Below are positions 1 through 10,712 of a DNA stretch of 64,000 nt, in pieces. Made by a program: the position numbers and the translations under genes. The notes below the pieces were generated by a model. The model searched no databases and was not told the DNA's origin. It saw only the letters and a list, made by a program, of their open reading frames with translations. The first letter of the stretch is position 1. Every line of letters starts with the position of its first letter. The stretch comes from Centroscyllium fabricii (lineage: Eukaryota): the NCBI GenBank assembly GCA_051313645.2, contig JBNRSN020000002.1, positions 36,332,001-36,396,000 of the forward strand, written 5' to 3'.

Positions 1-231
1 CAAGCCACACACCATCCTGACTTGGACCTGCATCACCGCTCCTTCACTGTCGCTAGGCCAAAATCCTGGAACTCCCTTCCTAACAACATTGTGGGTGTAC
101 CTACACCATATGGACTGCAGCGGTTCAATAAGGCGGCTCACCACCATCTTCTCAAGGGCAATTAGGGATGGGCACTAAATGCAGGCCTAGCCAGCCAGCG
201 ACGCCCACATCCCATCAATGAATTAAAAAAA
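1..231 (+). mobile_element. 3' end of a CR1/Jockey-group LINE (AATTAGGGATGGGC...A-rich tail family)
   Basis: Same sequence occurs reverse-complemented at 33790-34070 and, more diverged, at 18845-19100. Ends in an A-rich tail. Confidence 0.7.
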
Positions 232-235
232 CCAA

Positions 236-480
236 AGGAGATTGAAGGGAGGGAGGACATCAAATTGTGAGAAAGATGAGAGTGAATGGAAGGGGGGGGA
301 AAGGGATCGAAGGGGGAAAAGGGATGGAGGAGAAGAGATCGAAGGGGGGACAGTGGATCAAAGGGGAGAGGGGATCGAAGGGGAAAAGGAATCGAAGGGG
401 GGAAAGGGTAGAAGGGAACGAGCGGAGGGAGAGAGGAGAGGGATTCAAAGGGGGGAGAGAGGGGATCGAAGGGGGAGTAG
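236..480 (+). repeat. Purine-rich GGGGATCGAAGGGGG-type low-complexity minisatellite (segment 1)
   Basis: Repeated gg(g)atcgaagggggg(a) units. The same motif resumes at 6858-6951 and 8938-9432. Confidence 0.75.
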
Positions 481-1231
481 AGAATTTTTCATTTTAAATA
501 AGATAGCAGAGGCATTACTATGCATATTCAATAATTTGTTAGAAAAAGGCGTAGTGCCAGAGGACTGGCAGATAGCTAATGTAACACCGATATTTGAGAA
601 GGAGGATCGAACATGTCCAGGGAATTATAGACCAGTCAGCTTAACATCGGTGGTAGGAACCATAATGGAATCCCTACTAAAGGAGAAAATAGAAGAACAT
701 CTAGAAACCAAAAATATAATAAAGAATAGTCAACATGAATTTCAAAAGGGAAAGTCTTGCTTGACCAATTTTATTTAATTTTTTGAAGAGGTAACAGAGA
801 GAGCAGACAATGGTAATGCAGCAGATGACATTTATCTGGATTTTCAAAAGGCCTTCGATAAGGTAGCCCATAATAGATTGATAAACAAGGTCAGAGAATG
901 CGCAGTCAGGGGACAAGTAGCAGAATGGATTGCTGGCTGGCTTCAGGACAGAAAGCAGAGAGTGGGAGTAAAGGGTAGCTATTGACAGTGGCAGAAGGTG
1001 GGTAGTGGTGTTCCACAAGGATCAATGCTGGGACCACTGCTGTTCACAATTTATATTAACCATTTAGACTTAGGAAGCAAAAACACAATTTCTACATTTG
1101 CAGATGACACCAAATTGGGGGGATAGTCAATACTGAGGAGCCATGATGTGGAGGTGCTGGTGTTGGACTGGGGTGGACAAATGCAAGAAGTCACACAACA
1201 CCAGATTATAGTCCAACGGTTTTATTTTAAA

Positions 1232-1269
1232 TCACAAGCTTTCGGAGCTTTTGCCCCTTCGTCAGGTGA
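1232..1269 (-). ncRNA. Minimal type I hammerhead ribozyme motif (inverted copy)
   Basis: Reverse complement of 1274-1311. Confidence 0.7.
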
Positions 1270-1273
1270 ATCT

Positions 1274-1311
1274 TCACCTGACGAAGGGGCAAAAGCTCCG
1301 AAAGCTTGTGA
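1274..1311 (+). ncRNA. Minimal type I hammerhead ribozyme motif
   Basis: TCAC-CTGACGA-A-GGGGC-AAAA-GCTCC-GAA-AGCT-T-GTGA: stem I TCAC/GTGA, CUGANGA core, stem II, GAAA, palindromic AGCU stem III. Confidence 0.7.
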
Positions 1312-2109
1312 TTTAAAATAAAACCGTTGGACTATAATCTGGTGTTGTGTGACTTCTTGCAGGTTATAGTCCAACAGTTTTATTTTAAATCACAAGCTTT
1401 TGGAGCGTCTGCCCCTTCGTCAGCCTCTCTTTCGCCTGACGAAGGGGCAGAAAGCTTGCGATTTAAAATAAAACTGTTGGACTATAACCTGGTGTTGTGT
1501 GACTTCTTGCAATACTGAGGAGGACTGCAACAAGTTACAGGAGGACATTAATAAACTAGCAGAATGTGCATATAATTGGCAAATGAAGTTCAACACAGAT
1601 AGTTATGAGGTATTACATTTTGGTAGGAAGAATAGGGAGGTCACTTATCACTTGGAGGGTGTGAGTCTGGGTGGGATAGAGGAACAAAGGGATCTCGGAG
1701 TACAAATACACAAATCACTAAAAGTTGCGACACAGGTTAGCAAGGCCATAAAAAAGCAAACCAAGCACTAGGGTTTATTTCTAGAGGGATAGAATTGAAA
1801 AGTAGGGCAGTTATGCTAAACCTGTATCGAACCTTGGTGAGACCATACTTAGCGTACTGCGTACAGTTCTGGTCGACATATTATAAAAAGGATATAGAGG
1901 CACTGGAGAGGCTGCAGAGAAGATTTACAAGGATGATACAAGAAATGGGAGAGTATACATATGAGGAGAGGATGAACAGGCTGGGTCTCTCTTCTCTTGA
2001 AAAAAGGCTGAGGGATGACTTAACAGAGGTCTTTAGAATTATGAAAGGTTTTGATAGAGTGGATAGAGAGAGAAGGTTTCAACTTGTGGGGAAGAGCATA
2101 ACTAGAGGC

Positions 2110-2354
2110 TGTAGCGCCGGCAGGGCCTAGGAACCACGCGTGAGCCAGAGCTAGAGAAAACACAGCTTTAATATACTAAACAAAACAAGAAAGAGAGTGA
2201 ACCACTCGCAACCAGCGTATTTAAACAGTCCCGCGGTTGGTGACGTCATCGCGTCGGCCGACGCGGTGACGTCGTTGCGTCACCCGGATGAGCGGGGCTT
2301 TGCTCCGCAGAGTTCCCGTGGCGGATTTGATGTCTCAGTGGGCGTGCCGCCACA
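2110..2354 (-). repeat. Gypsy 3' LTR (245 bp), preceded on the - strand by polypurine tract TTCTGGGGGGAGCTG
   Basis: Near-identical to 6313-6557 (5 differences counted by eye). CRE palindrome TGACGTCA at 2241-2248 close to a TTTAAATA TATA-like box. Confidence 0.95.
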
Positions 2355-5300
2355 CAGCTCCCCCCAGAATCCGTCCGGGAGGAATAGTGACAGAGTCTCT
2401 GTGTGCTGTTGGGGTGGCCGGATGATGCAGCCGGACTGTGTTGTCTGTTGCTCCTGGTTCTGCGGTGGAGTGTGGGCGGGTTTTGTTGCGGGAGGGCGAA
2501 CGCGTTGTGGTGGTTGTGCGGGGACCGTTGTCTCACCCGCTATAACGTGCGCCGGCTTGAGCCGGTCTATTGTCACAGTGTCAGTCCTGTTGCCCATTTG
2601 TAATTCAAAAGCTTTGGCTCCCGCCCGAAGCACTCTGTAGGGGCCATCGTACGGTGGCTGTAGTGGAGATCGGTGTCCGTCGCGCCGGACGAACACAAAT
2701 TTAGCTTTTTTAATGTCGTCCGGCACCCGAGCTGCCGGCTCTCCGTGCCGGGCCACTGGTAGTGGCTGGAAAGCTCGTGCCGGGTTGGCGAAGTCTTTTA
2801 AATACTGGTCGGCTGACCAGGGAGCGTTGGGCTCAGCCAGGAACTCGCCCGGCACCGTTAAAGTTTGGCCGTAGACGATCTCTGCTGCCGAGGCGTTTAG
2901 GTCTTCCTTGACTGCCGAGCGCAGCCCGAGGAGAACCCATGGAAGGCGGTCGGTCCACGATGCGTCCTTTAGTGTGGCTCGTAGTGATGCCTTCATTGAG
3001 CGGTGGAACCGTTCGCATAGGCCGTTCGCCTGTGGGTGTTATGCGGTGGTTCGGTGTAGTGTCACCCCAAGGTCGCGGGCGATGGCCGCCCATAATGCCG
3101 ACGTAAACTGGGGTCCTCTGTCGGAGGTGATGTCTGTTGGCACGCCGAAGCGGGCGACCCAGGTGGCGATGAACGCCCTGGCCAAGTCCGTGGTGCCGGT
3201 GGCAGTGAGGGGGACTGCTTCTGGCCAGCGAGTGTTGGGTCGACCATGGTCATTAGGTGCGTGTGGCCCCGGGATGGCAGTAGTGGCCCGACGAGATCGA
3301 TATGGACGTGGTCAAAGCGTCTGGCCGGCACTTTAAAAGTTTCCAGCGGTGCCCTGATGTGCTTATGCACTTTGGAGCGCTGGCAGGCTATGCAGGAGCT
3401 GGCCCAGGCGCGGACGTCCTTGCGCAGGCCGCGCCATAGGAATCGGGCCGAGATTAATTTGATGGACGCGTGGGCGCCGGGGTGGGACAGGTCATGGAGG
3501 GTCCTAAATATGTGTCGCCTCCAAGCGTGGGGTACGACTGGCCTGGGTTGCGGCAAGGATACGTCGCAGCAGACGACGGTGGCAGCGGGGCCGTGCGCGA
3601 TATTGGCCAAGTGGAGGCCGGGGAGATTAGCTGCTGCGTTGAGCAGGTCGGGGTCGGCCAGCTGGTCCGCGGCCAGCTGGGCGTAATCGACCGCCATTTG
3701 GGCGGCGTTAATGGTGGGGCGTGAGAGGCAGTCAGCGACCACGTTGTCGCGGCCGGAAATGTGCTGGATGTCGGTTGTAAATTCCGACACGGCCGCGAGT
3801 TGGCGCTGCTGCCTGGCCGACCAGGGTTCGGCGACCTTAGCCATCGCAAACGTGAGTGGCTTATGGTCGCTGAAGGCTGTGAAGTGGCGGCCCTCCAAGA
3901 GGAAACAAAAGTGTCGCACTGCCAGATGGAGAGCGAGTAGCTCCCTATCGAAGGCGCTATATTTAACCTCTGGGGGCCGGAGTTGCCGGCTGAAAAAGGC
4001 CAGGGGCTGCCACGAGTTGCCGGTCCACTGCTCAAATACGGCCCCGACCGCATAGTCGGAGGCGTCGGTGGTGAGGGCTACTCTGGCGTTGGGCCTAGGG
4101 TGGGCTAGGAGGGTGGCGTTTGCCAGGGCGGTTTTATTTGCGGTGAAGGCGGTGGCGGCGTCGGCCGTCCACTCGACCGCAGCCTTGTTGGACTGCCCGC
4201 GGGTGGCCTGGTATAAGGGGGCCATGAGAGCGGCTGCTCCCGGGATAAAGCGGTTATAAAAATTAACCATGCCTAAGAATTCCTGCAGCCCTTTAATGGA
4301 GTGCGGGCGGGGGAATTCCTGTACCGCCTGCACCTTGGAGGGCAGGGGTATGGCCCCTGTTTGGGAAATGCGGTGGCCGAGGAAGTCAATAGTCTCGAGG
4401 CCGAATTTGCACTTGGTGGGGCTTAAGATATGGCCGTGTTCGGTAAGGCGCTGGAACAGGGTCCTGAGGTGCAGGAGGTGTTCCTGGGGCGAGGTGCTGG
4501 CCACGAGGATGTCATCTAAATAGACGAAAATGAACTTCAAGTCCCGTAGGACTGAGTCCATGAGGCGCTGGAAGGCCTGGGCCGCGTTTTTAAGGCCGAA
4601 GGGCATCCTAAGGAACTCGAAGAGCCCGAAGGGGGTAATAACGGCCGTTTTAGGAATGTCCGCCGGGTGTACCGGCACCTGGTGGTAGCCACGCACCAGG
4701 TCGATCTTAGAAAAGATCGTACAGCCCGCTAATCTGGCGGACAATTCCTGGATGTGGGGGACGGGGTACCTATCCGGGGTGGTGGCGTTGTTTAGGCGGC
4801 GGTAGTCGCCGCAGGGGCGCCACCCTCCGTCGGGCTTGGGGGCTATGTGGAGCGGAGAGGACCAGGGGCTGCTGGAGCGGCGGATTATACCGAGTTGCTC
4901 CATGGTGCGGAACTCGGTGCGCGCTATCTCCTGTTTGGCCGGGTCTAGCCTACGGGCGTGGGCATGGACGGGAGGGCCTGTGGTCGTTATAAAATGCTCC
5001 ACCCCGTGTTTGGCCTGGCGGGCGGTGAACGTGGGGTTGGTTAGGGCGGGGAACTCTGCCAGGAGTGTGCCGTAGGCATCGGAGTCCCGGGAGCGGCATT
5101 GGGCTGCCGCGTGGGCCAGGAGTGCGGGCCCTGTGGAGCATGGGATGGTCGTCATAGTATTTATGTTGACCAAGCGGCGCCGGGTTACGTCGACCAGTAG
5201 GCCGTAGGCGCAGAGGAAATCTGCCCCGAGGAGGGCGATGTGACCTGGGCCGTTACGAAATCCCAGGTGTACGCGTGGCTTGCAAGGGTAATTGTAAGCT

Positions 5301-6221
5301 TGCGGGTGCCGTACGTTTTTATATTGGAGCCGTTGGCCGCCGCTAGTGGCGGGCCCCGGGTGCCTTGTTTGGTTTCTGCAGGGGAGGCTGGCACGATGCT
5401 GTGCTGCGCGCCTGTGTCGCAGAGGAACCTGAGGCCTGTGCCGCTGTCTGTGGCAAAGAGCAGTGCTCATGTGTGGCCTACAGACATGGTGGGGGCTGAC
5501 TTGGGCCGTGGCTTGAACGCGCATGGCTGGACGCAGCGGTGTGCTTTATGATCGAACCGCGTGTGGTAGTAGCACCAGCCGGTGCTAGAGGGACGCGGTT
5601 GCCTAGGTGGGCGCGGGGCCCTAGGTTCAGGCGTAAAGTTATGCCTGGGGGGTGATTGGCTGTGCTCTACCGATGCGGAGTTAGGGTCGCACGTGGTTGC
5701 GCGGGTGCGCTGCGCCTCCATGAGCCTGTCGGCTTCCTCTCCGAGCTCGTCATCGCTCCGTTGGCCAAGGGCCGCCAAGGCCGGTCTGATGGCGCGGGGT
5801 AGTTTAAGGAGGAAGACGGTGCGGAAGAGGGAGGCCGGGTTGGGTGTGAGCGCTTGCATCTGACCTAAGAGGTCCGATGGGTCTGCGTCCCCGAGTCCGG
5901 GGAGGTCGAGGAGCTGGCAGTCGCGCTCAAATTGAGAGGGGGTGATTTTTTTATAAGCGCGGCCTTGAGCGATTCATACCTGCCTGCGGTGGGCACACGC
6001 TGTATTTTTGACCACATCCGATCGATCGTCGACTGCGGTAGGGCTGAGAAGACCAGGTCGTATCGGTCGTCCCCCTGGATGGCATGTGTGCGGCAGCTGG
6101 TCTCGATACACATAAACCAGGCCGCTGGCCGTTGCTCCCAGAACTCGGGTAGAGTTAGTCCACGTCCGGCGTTCTGGCCAAGTCCTTGCGTTCGTGGAGC
6201 TTGGTTCCTTGGGTTTACCAT
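2355..6221 (-). pseudogene. Disrupted Gypsy gag-pol (gag, aspartic protease, RT, RNase H, integrase)
   Basis: Gag LPEFWEQRPAAWF, protease [17 protein letters not shown], RNase [10 protein letters not shown], integrase HHCC (LHDLSHPG...CIACQRSK) and PYDGPY. Broken by frameshifts near 5900, 5240 and 3240 and by stop codons. Confidence 0.9.
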
Positions 6222-6299
6222 GTTTTCTTATTTAAAAAGTTCTTTGGCTGGTGGTCCCAGATCCTGCGGCAGCTTTTCTTCTCTGGAAGTCGTTCCAGT

Positions 6300-6311
6300 T
6301 CGGGGTCACCA
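6300..6311 (-). other. Primer binding site complementary to the tRNA-Trp 3' end
   Basis: TGGTGACCCCGA one base inside the 5' LTR. Vertebrate tRNA-Trp ends ...TCGGGGTCACCA. Confidence 0.8.
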
Positions 6312-6312
6312 C

Positions 6313-6557
6313 TGTAGCGCCGGCAGGGCCTAGGAACCACGCGTGAGCCAGAGCTAGAGAAAACACAGCTTTAATATACTAAACAAAACAAGAAAGAGAG
6401 TGAACCACTCGCAACCAGCGTATTTAAACAGTCCCGCGGTTGGTGACGTCATCGCGTCGGCCGACGTGGTGACGTCGTCGCGTCACCCGGATGAGCGGGG
6501 CTTTGCTCCACGGAGTTCCCGTGGCGGATTCGATGTCTCAGTGGGCGTGCCGCCACA
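6313..6557 (-). repeat. Gypsy 5' LTR (245 bp)
   Basis: Direct repeat of 2110-2354, adjacent to the PBS. Confidence 0.95.
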
Positions 6558-7672
6558 AGGCCATCAATATAAGATAGTCACCAAGAAATCCAATCGGGAA
6601 TTCAGAAGAAATTTCCTTATCCAAAGAGTGGTGAGAATGTGGAACTCGCTACCACAGGGAGTGGGTGAAGCGAATAGTATCGATGCATTTAAGGGGAGGC
6701 TGGACAGACATATGAGGGAGAAGGGAATCAAGGGTGATGCTGATAGAGTTAGATGAGGAAAGATAGGAGGAGGCATGAGTGGAGCATATACACCGGTATG
6801 GACTGGTTGAACTGAATGGCCTGTTTCTGTGCCATATATCCTATGTAAACCTATGTAAGAGATTGAAGGGGGAGAAGAGATTGAGGGGGGAGAGAGGAGA
6901 GGGAATCAAAGGGGGGAAGAGAGAAGATCGAATGGGTGAGAGAGGGGATCGACAAAGTCAACATGGATTTATGAAAGGGAAATCGTGTTTGACAAACGTA
7001 CTGGAGTTTTTTGAGGATGTAACTGGTAGAATAGATAAGGGAGAACCAGTGGATGTAGTGTATTTGGATTTTCAGAAGGCCTTTAATAAAGTCCCACATA
7101 AGGGGTTAGTGTGCAAAATTAAAGCACCTGGGATTGGGGGTAATATACTGGCCTGGATTGAAAATTGGTCAACAGAGGAAACAGAGAGTAGGAATAAATG
7201 GGTCTTTTTCGGGATGGCAGGCGGTGACTAGTGGGGTACCGCAGAGATCAGTGCTTGGGCCCCAGCTATTCACAATATATATCAATGATTTGGATGAGGG
7301 AACCAAATGTAATATTTCCAAGTTTGCTGATGACATCAAATTAAGTGGGATTTTGAGTTGCGCGGAGGATGCAAAGAGGCTTCAAGGTGATTTAGACAAT
7401 TTGAGTGAGTGGGCAAATACATGGCAGATGCAGTATAACGTGGATAAATGTGAAGTTATCCACTTTGGTAGGAAAAACAGAAAGGCAGAGTATTACTTAA
7501 ATGGTGATAGATTGGAAAATGTTGATGTGCAAAGGGACCTGGGTGTCCTTGTACACCAGTCAATGAAAGCAAACTTGCAGGTGCAGCAAGCAGTTAGGAA
7601 GGCAACTGGTATGTTGGCCTTCATTGCAAGAGGATTCGAGTGCAGGAGCAAGGATGTCTTACTACAGTTGTA

Positions 7673-7873
7673 ATGTGGAGGTGCCGGTGTTGGACTGGGG
7701 TGGACAAATGCAGGAAGTCACACAACACCAGATTATAGTCCAACAGTTTTATTTTAAATCACAAGCTTTCGGAGCTTCTGCCCCTTTGTCTGACGAAGGG
7801 GCAGAAGCTCCGAAAGCTTGCGATTTAAAATAAAACTGTTGGACTATAATCTGGTGTTGTGTGACTTTTTGCA
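7673..7873. mobile_element. Penelope pLTR-derived palindromic insertion with hammerhead core (7786-7823, +)
   Basis: 14-bp TSD TTACTACAGTTGTA (7659-7672, 7874-7887). CTGACGA-A-GGGGC-AGAA-GCTCC-GAAAGCTT present. Confidence 0.8.
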
Positions 7874-7957
7874 TTACTACAGTTGTACAGGGCCTTGGCG
7901 AGACCACACCTGGAGTAGTGTGTGTAGTTTTGGTCTCCTTACCTAAGAAAGGATATA

Positions 7958-8451
7958 CAGGTTGAGCACCGTTTATCCGGACACCATTAGTCCGGCAACT
8001 TCAGTCGTCCAGCACAAATCTGGCCGACTGGTGTGCACATGCACAAAATGGCCGCCACGCTTGCCTGCGCATGCCCAGGCCTCTCCACGACTGCCCGACT
8101 GGTCTGCGCATGCGCAAAATGGCCACCGCGCGTGGCTGCGCATGCCCGGGCCTCTCCCCGATTGGTCTGCGCATGCGCAATATGGCCACCGTGCTTGGCT
8201 GCACATGCCCAGGACTCTCCCCGACTGCCCTGCGCATGCACAAAATGGCCACCGCGCGTGGCTGCGCATGCACGGGCATCTCCCCAAACGGTTGATGCTT
8301 CGGCTAGCGCATGCGCAGACCATTCAAAATTTTGCGGTGGCCATTTTGAATGGTCTGCGCATGCGCTCACCGAAGCTTCAATCTTTTGGATTTTTCAAAA
8401 ATCCGGCACAGTCCTGGTCCCGACCGTGCCAGATTAACGGTGTCGGACCTG
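7958..8451. mobile_element. Tigger/pogo-like MITE with internal ~63-bp tandem repeats
   Basis: TA TSD (7956-7957, 8452-8453). Imperfect TIRs CAGGTTGAGCACCGTTTATCCGG / CAGGTCCGACACCGTTAATCTGG. Host CR1 rejoins as GGATATA|CTTGCC. Confidence 0.8.
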
Positions 8452-8937
8452 TACTTGCCATAGAGGGAGTGCAGCGAAGGTTCACCAGACTGATTCCTGG
8501 GATGGCAGGACTGTCGTCTGAGGAGAGATTGGATCGACGAGGCCTGTATTCACTAGAGTTTAGGAGAGGGAATCTCATTGAAACGTATGTAAAATTCTAA
8601 CAGGGCTTGACAGGCTGGATGCAGGGAGGATGTTTCCCCTGGCTGGTGGGTCTAGAATGAGGGGTCACAGTCTCAGGATACGGGGTAGGACATTTAAGAG
8701 AGAGATGGGGAGAAATTTCTTCACTCAGAGGGTGGTGAACCTGTGGAAGGCTGTGTAGGCCAAGCCACTGAAATTATTTAAGAAGGTGATAGATAGATTT
8801 CTAGACACAAAAGGCATCAAGGGAGAGAACAGGAATATGGTATTGAGATAGAGGATCAGCCAGGATCGTACTGAATGGCGGAGCAGGCTCAAAGGGCCAA
8901 ATGGCCGACTCCTGCTCCTATTTTTCTATGTTTCTAT

Positions 8938-9432
8938 GAAGGGGGAGAGATGAGATCGAAGGGGGAGAGAGGAGATCGTAGGGGGGGAGGAGAGGAGATT
9001 GAAGTGGGAGGAGAGGGGTTCAAAGGGGGGGGAGGAGATCGAAGGGGGAGAGAGGAATTCGAAGGGAGGGAGGGGAGAGGGGATTGAAAGGTGGGAGAGA
9101 GGAGAGGGGATCGAAGGGGAAAGGAGATCAATGGAATGGAGAGAGGAGAGACGATCGAAGGTTGAGCGAGGAGATAGAAACATAGAAACCATCGAAGGGG
9201 GGAGAGGAGATCGACGAGGGGAAAGAGCAGAGAGGATCGAAGGGTGAGAGAGGAGATTGAAGGGGGAGAGTGATCAAAGAGGGGAGAGGAGGTTGAGTTG
9301 GGGGAGAGAGGAGAGGGGATCGAAGGGGGGATCGGAGGTCAAATGAGGGAGAGGGGATCGAAAGGGGGGGAGTGAGGAGTTTGGAGGAGGGAGTGAGGAG
9401 AGAGGATCGAAGGGGGAGGGAGAGGGGATCAA
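8938..9432 (+). repeat. Purine-rich GATCGAAGGGG minisatellite (segment 3)
   Basis: Same unit as 236-480. Confidence 0.75.
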
Positions 9433-9676
9433 AGACACTGTGCAGCTGTCTGGAGGCCCCACCCAGCCTGTTAATAAAAAATTTGGGGGAACATTGTCCA
9501 ACAACTCTTTGATTTAAAAATTCTCATCATCATGTTAAAATCCCTCCCTGGCCTCACCCCTTCCTATCTGAACTCAGCAGTGAGTGCTCCAAACCCGGGA
9601 GGGTGAGCCCTGTCCGTTCTCTGAAAGCAGTAGCGTAATGGATCAAATTACACATTGCAATGATCAAGATTACTCA

Positions 9677-9815
9677 TGTAAGGAGTCACACAACACCAGG
9701 TTACAGTCCAACAGTTTTATTTGAAATTTCAAATAAAACTGTTGAATTATAATCTGGTGTTGTGTGACTTCTTACATTTGTCCACCGCAGTCCAACACCG
9801 GCACCTCCACATCAT
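9677..9815. mobile_element. Penelope pLTR-derived palindrome lacking the hammerhead core
   Basis: Inverted arms GTCACACAACACCAG...CTGGTGTTGTGTGAC. TSD AGATTACTCA (9667-9676, 10259-10268) brackets this element plus the following CR1 fragment. Confidence 0.75.
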
Positions 9816-10258
9816 AGATCATAGAATCATAGAAACTTTACAGTGCGGATAAAGGCCATTCGGCCCATCCAGTCCGCACCGGCCCAGGAAACTCCTCACT
9901 ATACTAACCCCATTTGCCCGCACCTGGCCCATAACCCTGTATGTTACGGTCCTTCATGTGCTGGTCCAAATATTTTTTAAATGTTGCGATGGTTTCTGCC
10001 TCCACCACCCTTACAGGCAGGGAGTTCCACACTTCCACCACCCTCTGAGTAAAGAAATTTTTCCTTACCTCCCCCCTAAACCTCCCCCCCTAATCTTGAA
10101 TCTATGTCCCCTAGTACTTGACTCTCCCACCAAGGGAAACAATGCCCCTTTATCCACCCTATCGTGTCCTCTCATGATCCTGTACACCTCAATCATGTCA
10201 CCCCTCAATCTTCTCTTCTCCAAGGCAAACAACCCCAGCCTGTCCAGCCTTTCCTCGT
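9816..10258 (-). mobile_element. CR1 LINE 3' fragment
   Basis: Reverse-strand CR1 C-terminal sequence with (TTCTATGA)n tail. Confidence 0.8.
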
Positions 10259-10302
10259 AGATTACTCAGGCAGGCTCTAATTACACATTCCAGACAAGCT
10301 GT

Positions 10303-10712
10303 GGGCGGCACGGTGGCACAGTGGTTAGCACTGCTGTCTCACAGCACTGGAGACCGGGTTCAAATCCAGCCTTGGGTACTATCTGTGTGGAGTTTGCACA
10401 TTCTCCCCGTGTCTGCGTGGGTTTCCTCCGGGTGCTCCGGTTTCCTCCCACAGTCCAAAGATGTGCGGGTTAGGTTGATTGGCCAGGATAAATTGACCCT
10501 TAGTGTTAGGGGGATTGAATATGTGGGGTTACGGGGATAGGGTGGGATATGTGTCGGTGCAGGCTGAATAGGGATCGAGGGATATGGGGACAAGGCAGGG
10601 ACAGGGTACTGGGTTTGGTTGATCAGCCATGATCTCATTGAATGGCGGAGCAGGCTCGAAGGGCCGAATGGCCTACTCCTGCTCCTAGTTTCTATGTTTC
10701 TATGTTTCTATG
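10303..10712 (+). mobile_element. HE1-type tRNA-derived V-SINE
   Basis: A box TGGCACAGTGG, B box GGTTCAAATCC, V-domain GTGTGGAGTTTGCACATTCTCCCCGTGTCTGCGTGGGTTTCCTCCGGG, CR1-derived tail (TTTCTATG)n. Confidence 0.9.

Larger units (their letters stand above)
1141..1509. mobile_element. Penelope-like element pLTR-derived double-palindromic insertion
   Basis: Two consecutive inverted-repeat units. TSD CAATACTGAGGAG at 1128-1140 and 1510-1522. Contains hammerhead motifs. Confidence 0.8.
2110..6557 (-). mobile_element. Full-length, defective Ty3/Gypsy LTR retrotransposon
   Basis: Direct TG...CA LTRs at 2110-2354 and 6313-6557. 4-bp TSD AGGC (2106-2109, 6558-6561). PBS and PPT present. Gag-PR-RT-RH-IN order on the - strand. 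Confidence 0.95.
481..6857 (+). mobile_element. 5'-truncated CR1 LINE, interrupted by a Penelope-derived insert (1141-1509) and a Gypsy element (2110-6557)
   Basis: Degraded RT motifs (PEDWQIANVTPIF, PGNYRPVSLTSVVG, YRTLVRP..YCVQFW). Sequence rejoins across the Gypsy element as ACTAGAGGC|CATCAATATAAG. Tail CCTATGTAA at ~6840-6857. Confidence 0.85.
6950..8938 (+). mobile_element. 5'-truncated CR1 LINE with two nested inserts
   Basis: QHGFMKGKSCLTN, YLDFQKAF, SGVPQ.SVLGP and KFADD motifs. Tail TTTCTATG at ~8922-8938. Confidence 0.85.

Noticed and set aside
242-778. 178-aa G/E/R-rich ORF
   Set aside because: Chance fusion of a purine-rich repeat with a CR1 RT fragment.
5467-5469. In-frame TGA between gag and protease as programmed readthrough
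   Set aside because: More simply a CGA>TGA CpG decay in an element with several other lesions. A family consensus would be needed to claim readthrough.
7962-8600. Repetitive multi-frame ORFs (AHAQNGHRAWLRM...)
   Set aside because: Translation of GC-rich tandem repeats inside a MITE.
10303-10380. tRNA gene (also at every HE1 head)
   Set aside because: tRNA-derived SINE head running into the V-domain, with no complete cloverleaf or terminator.
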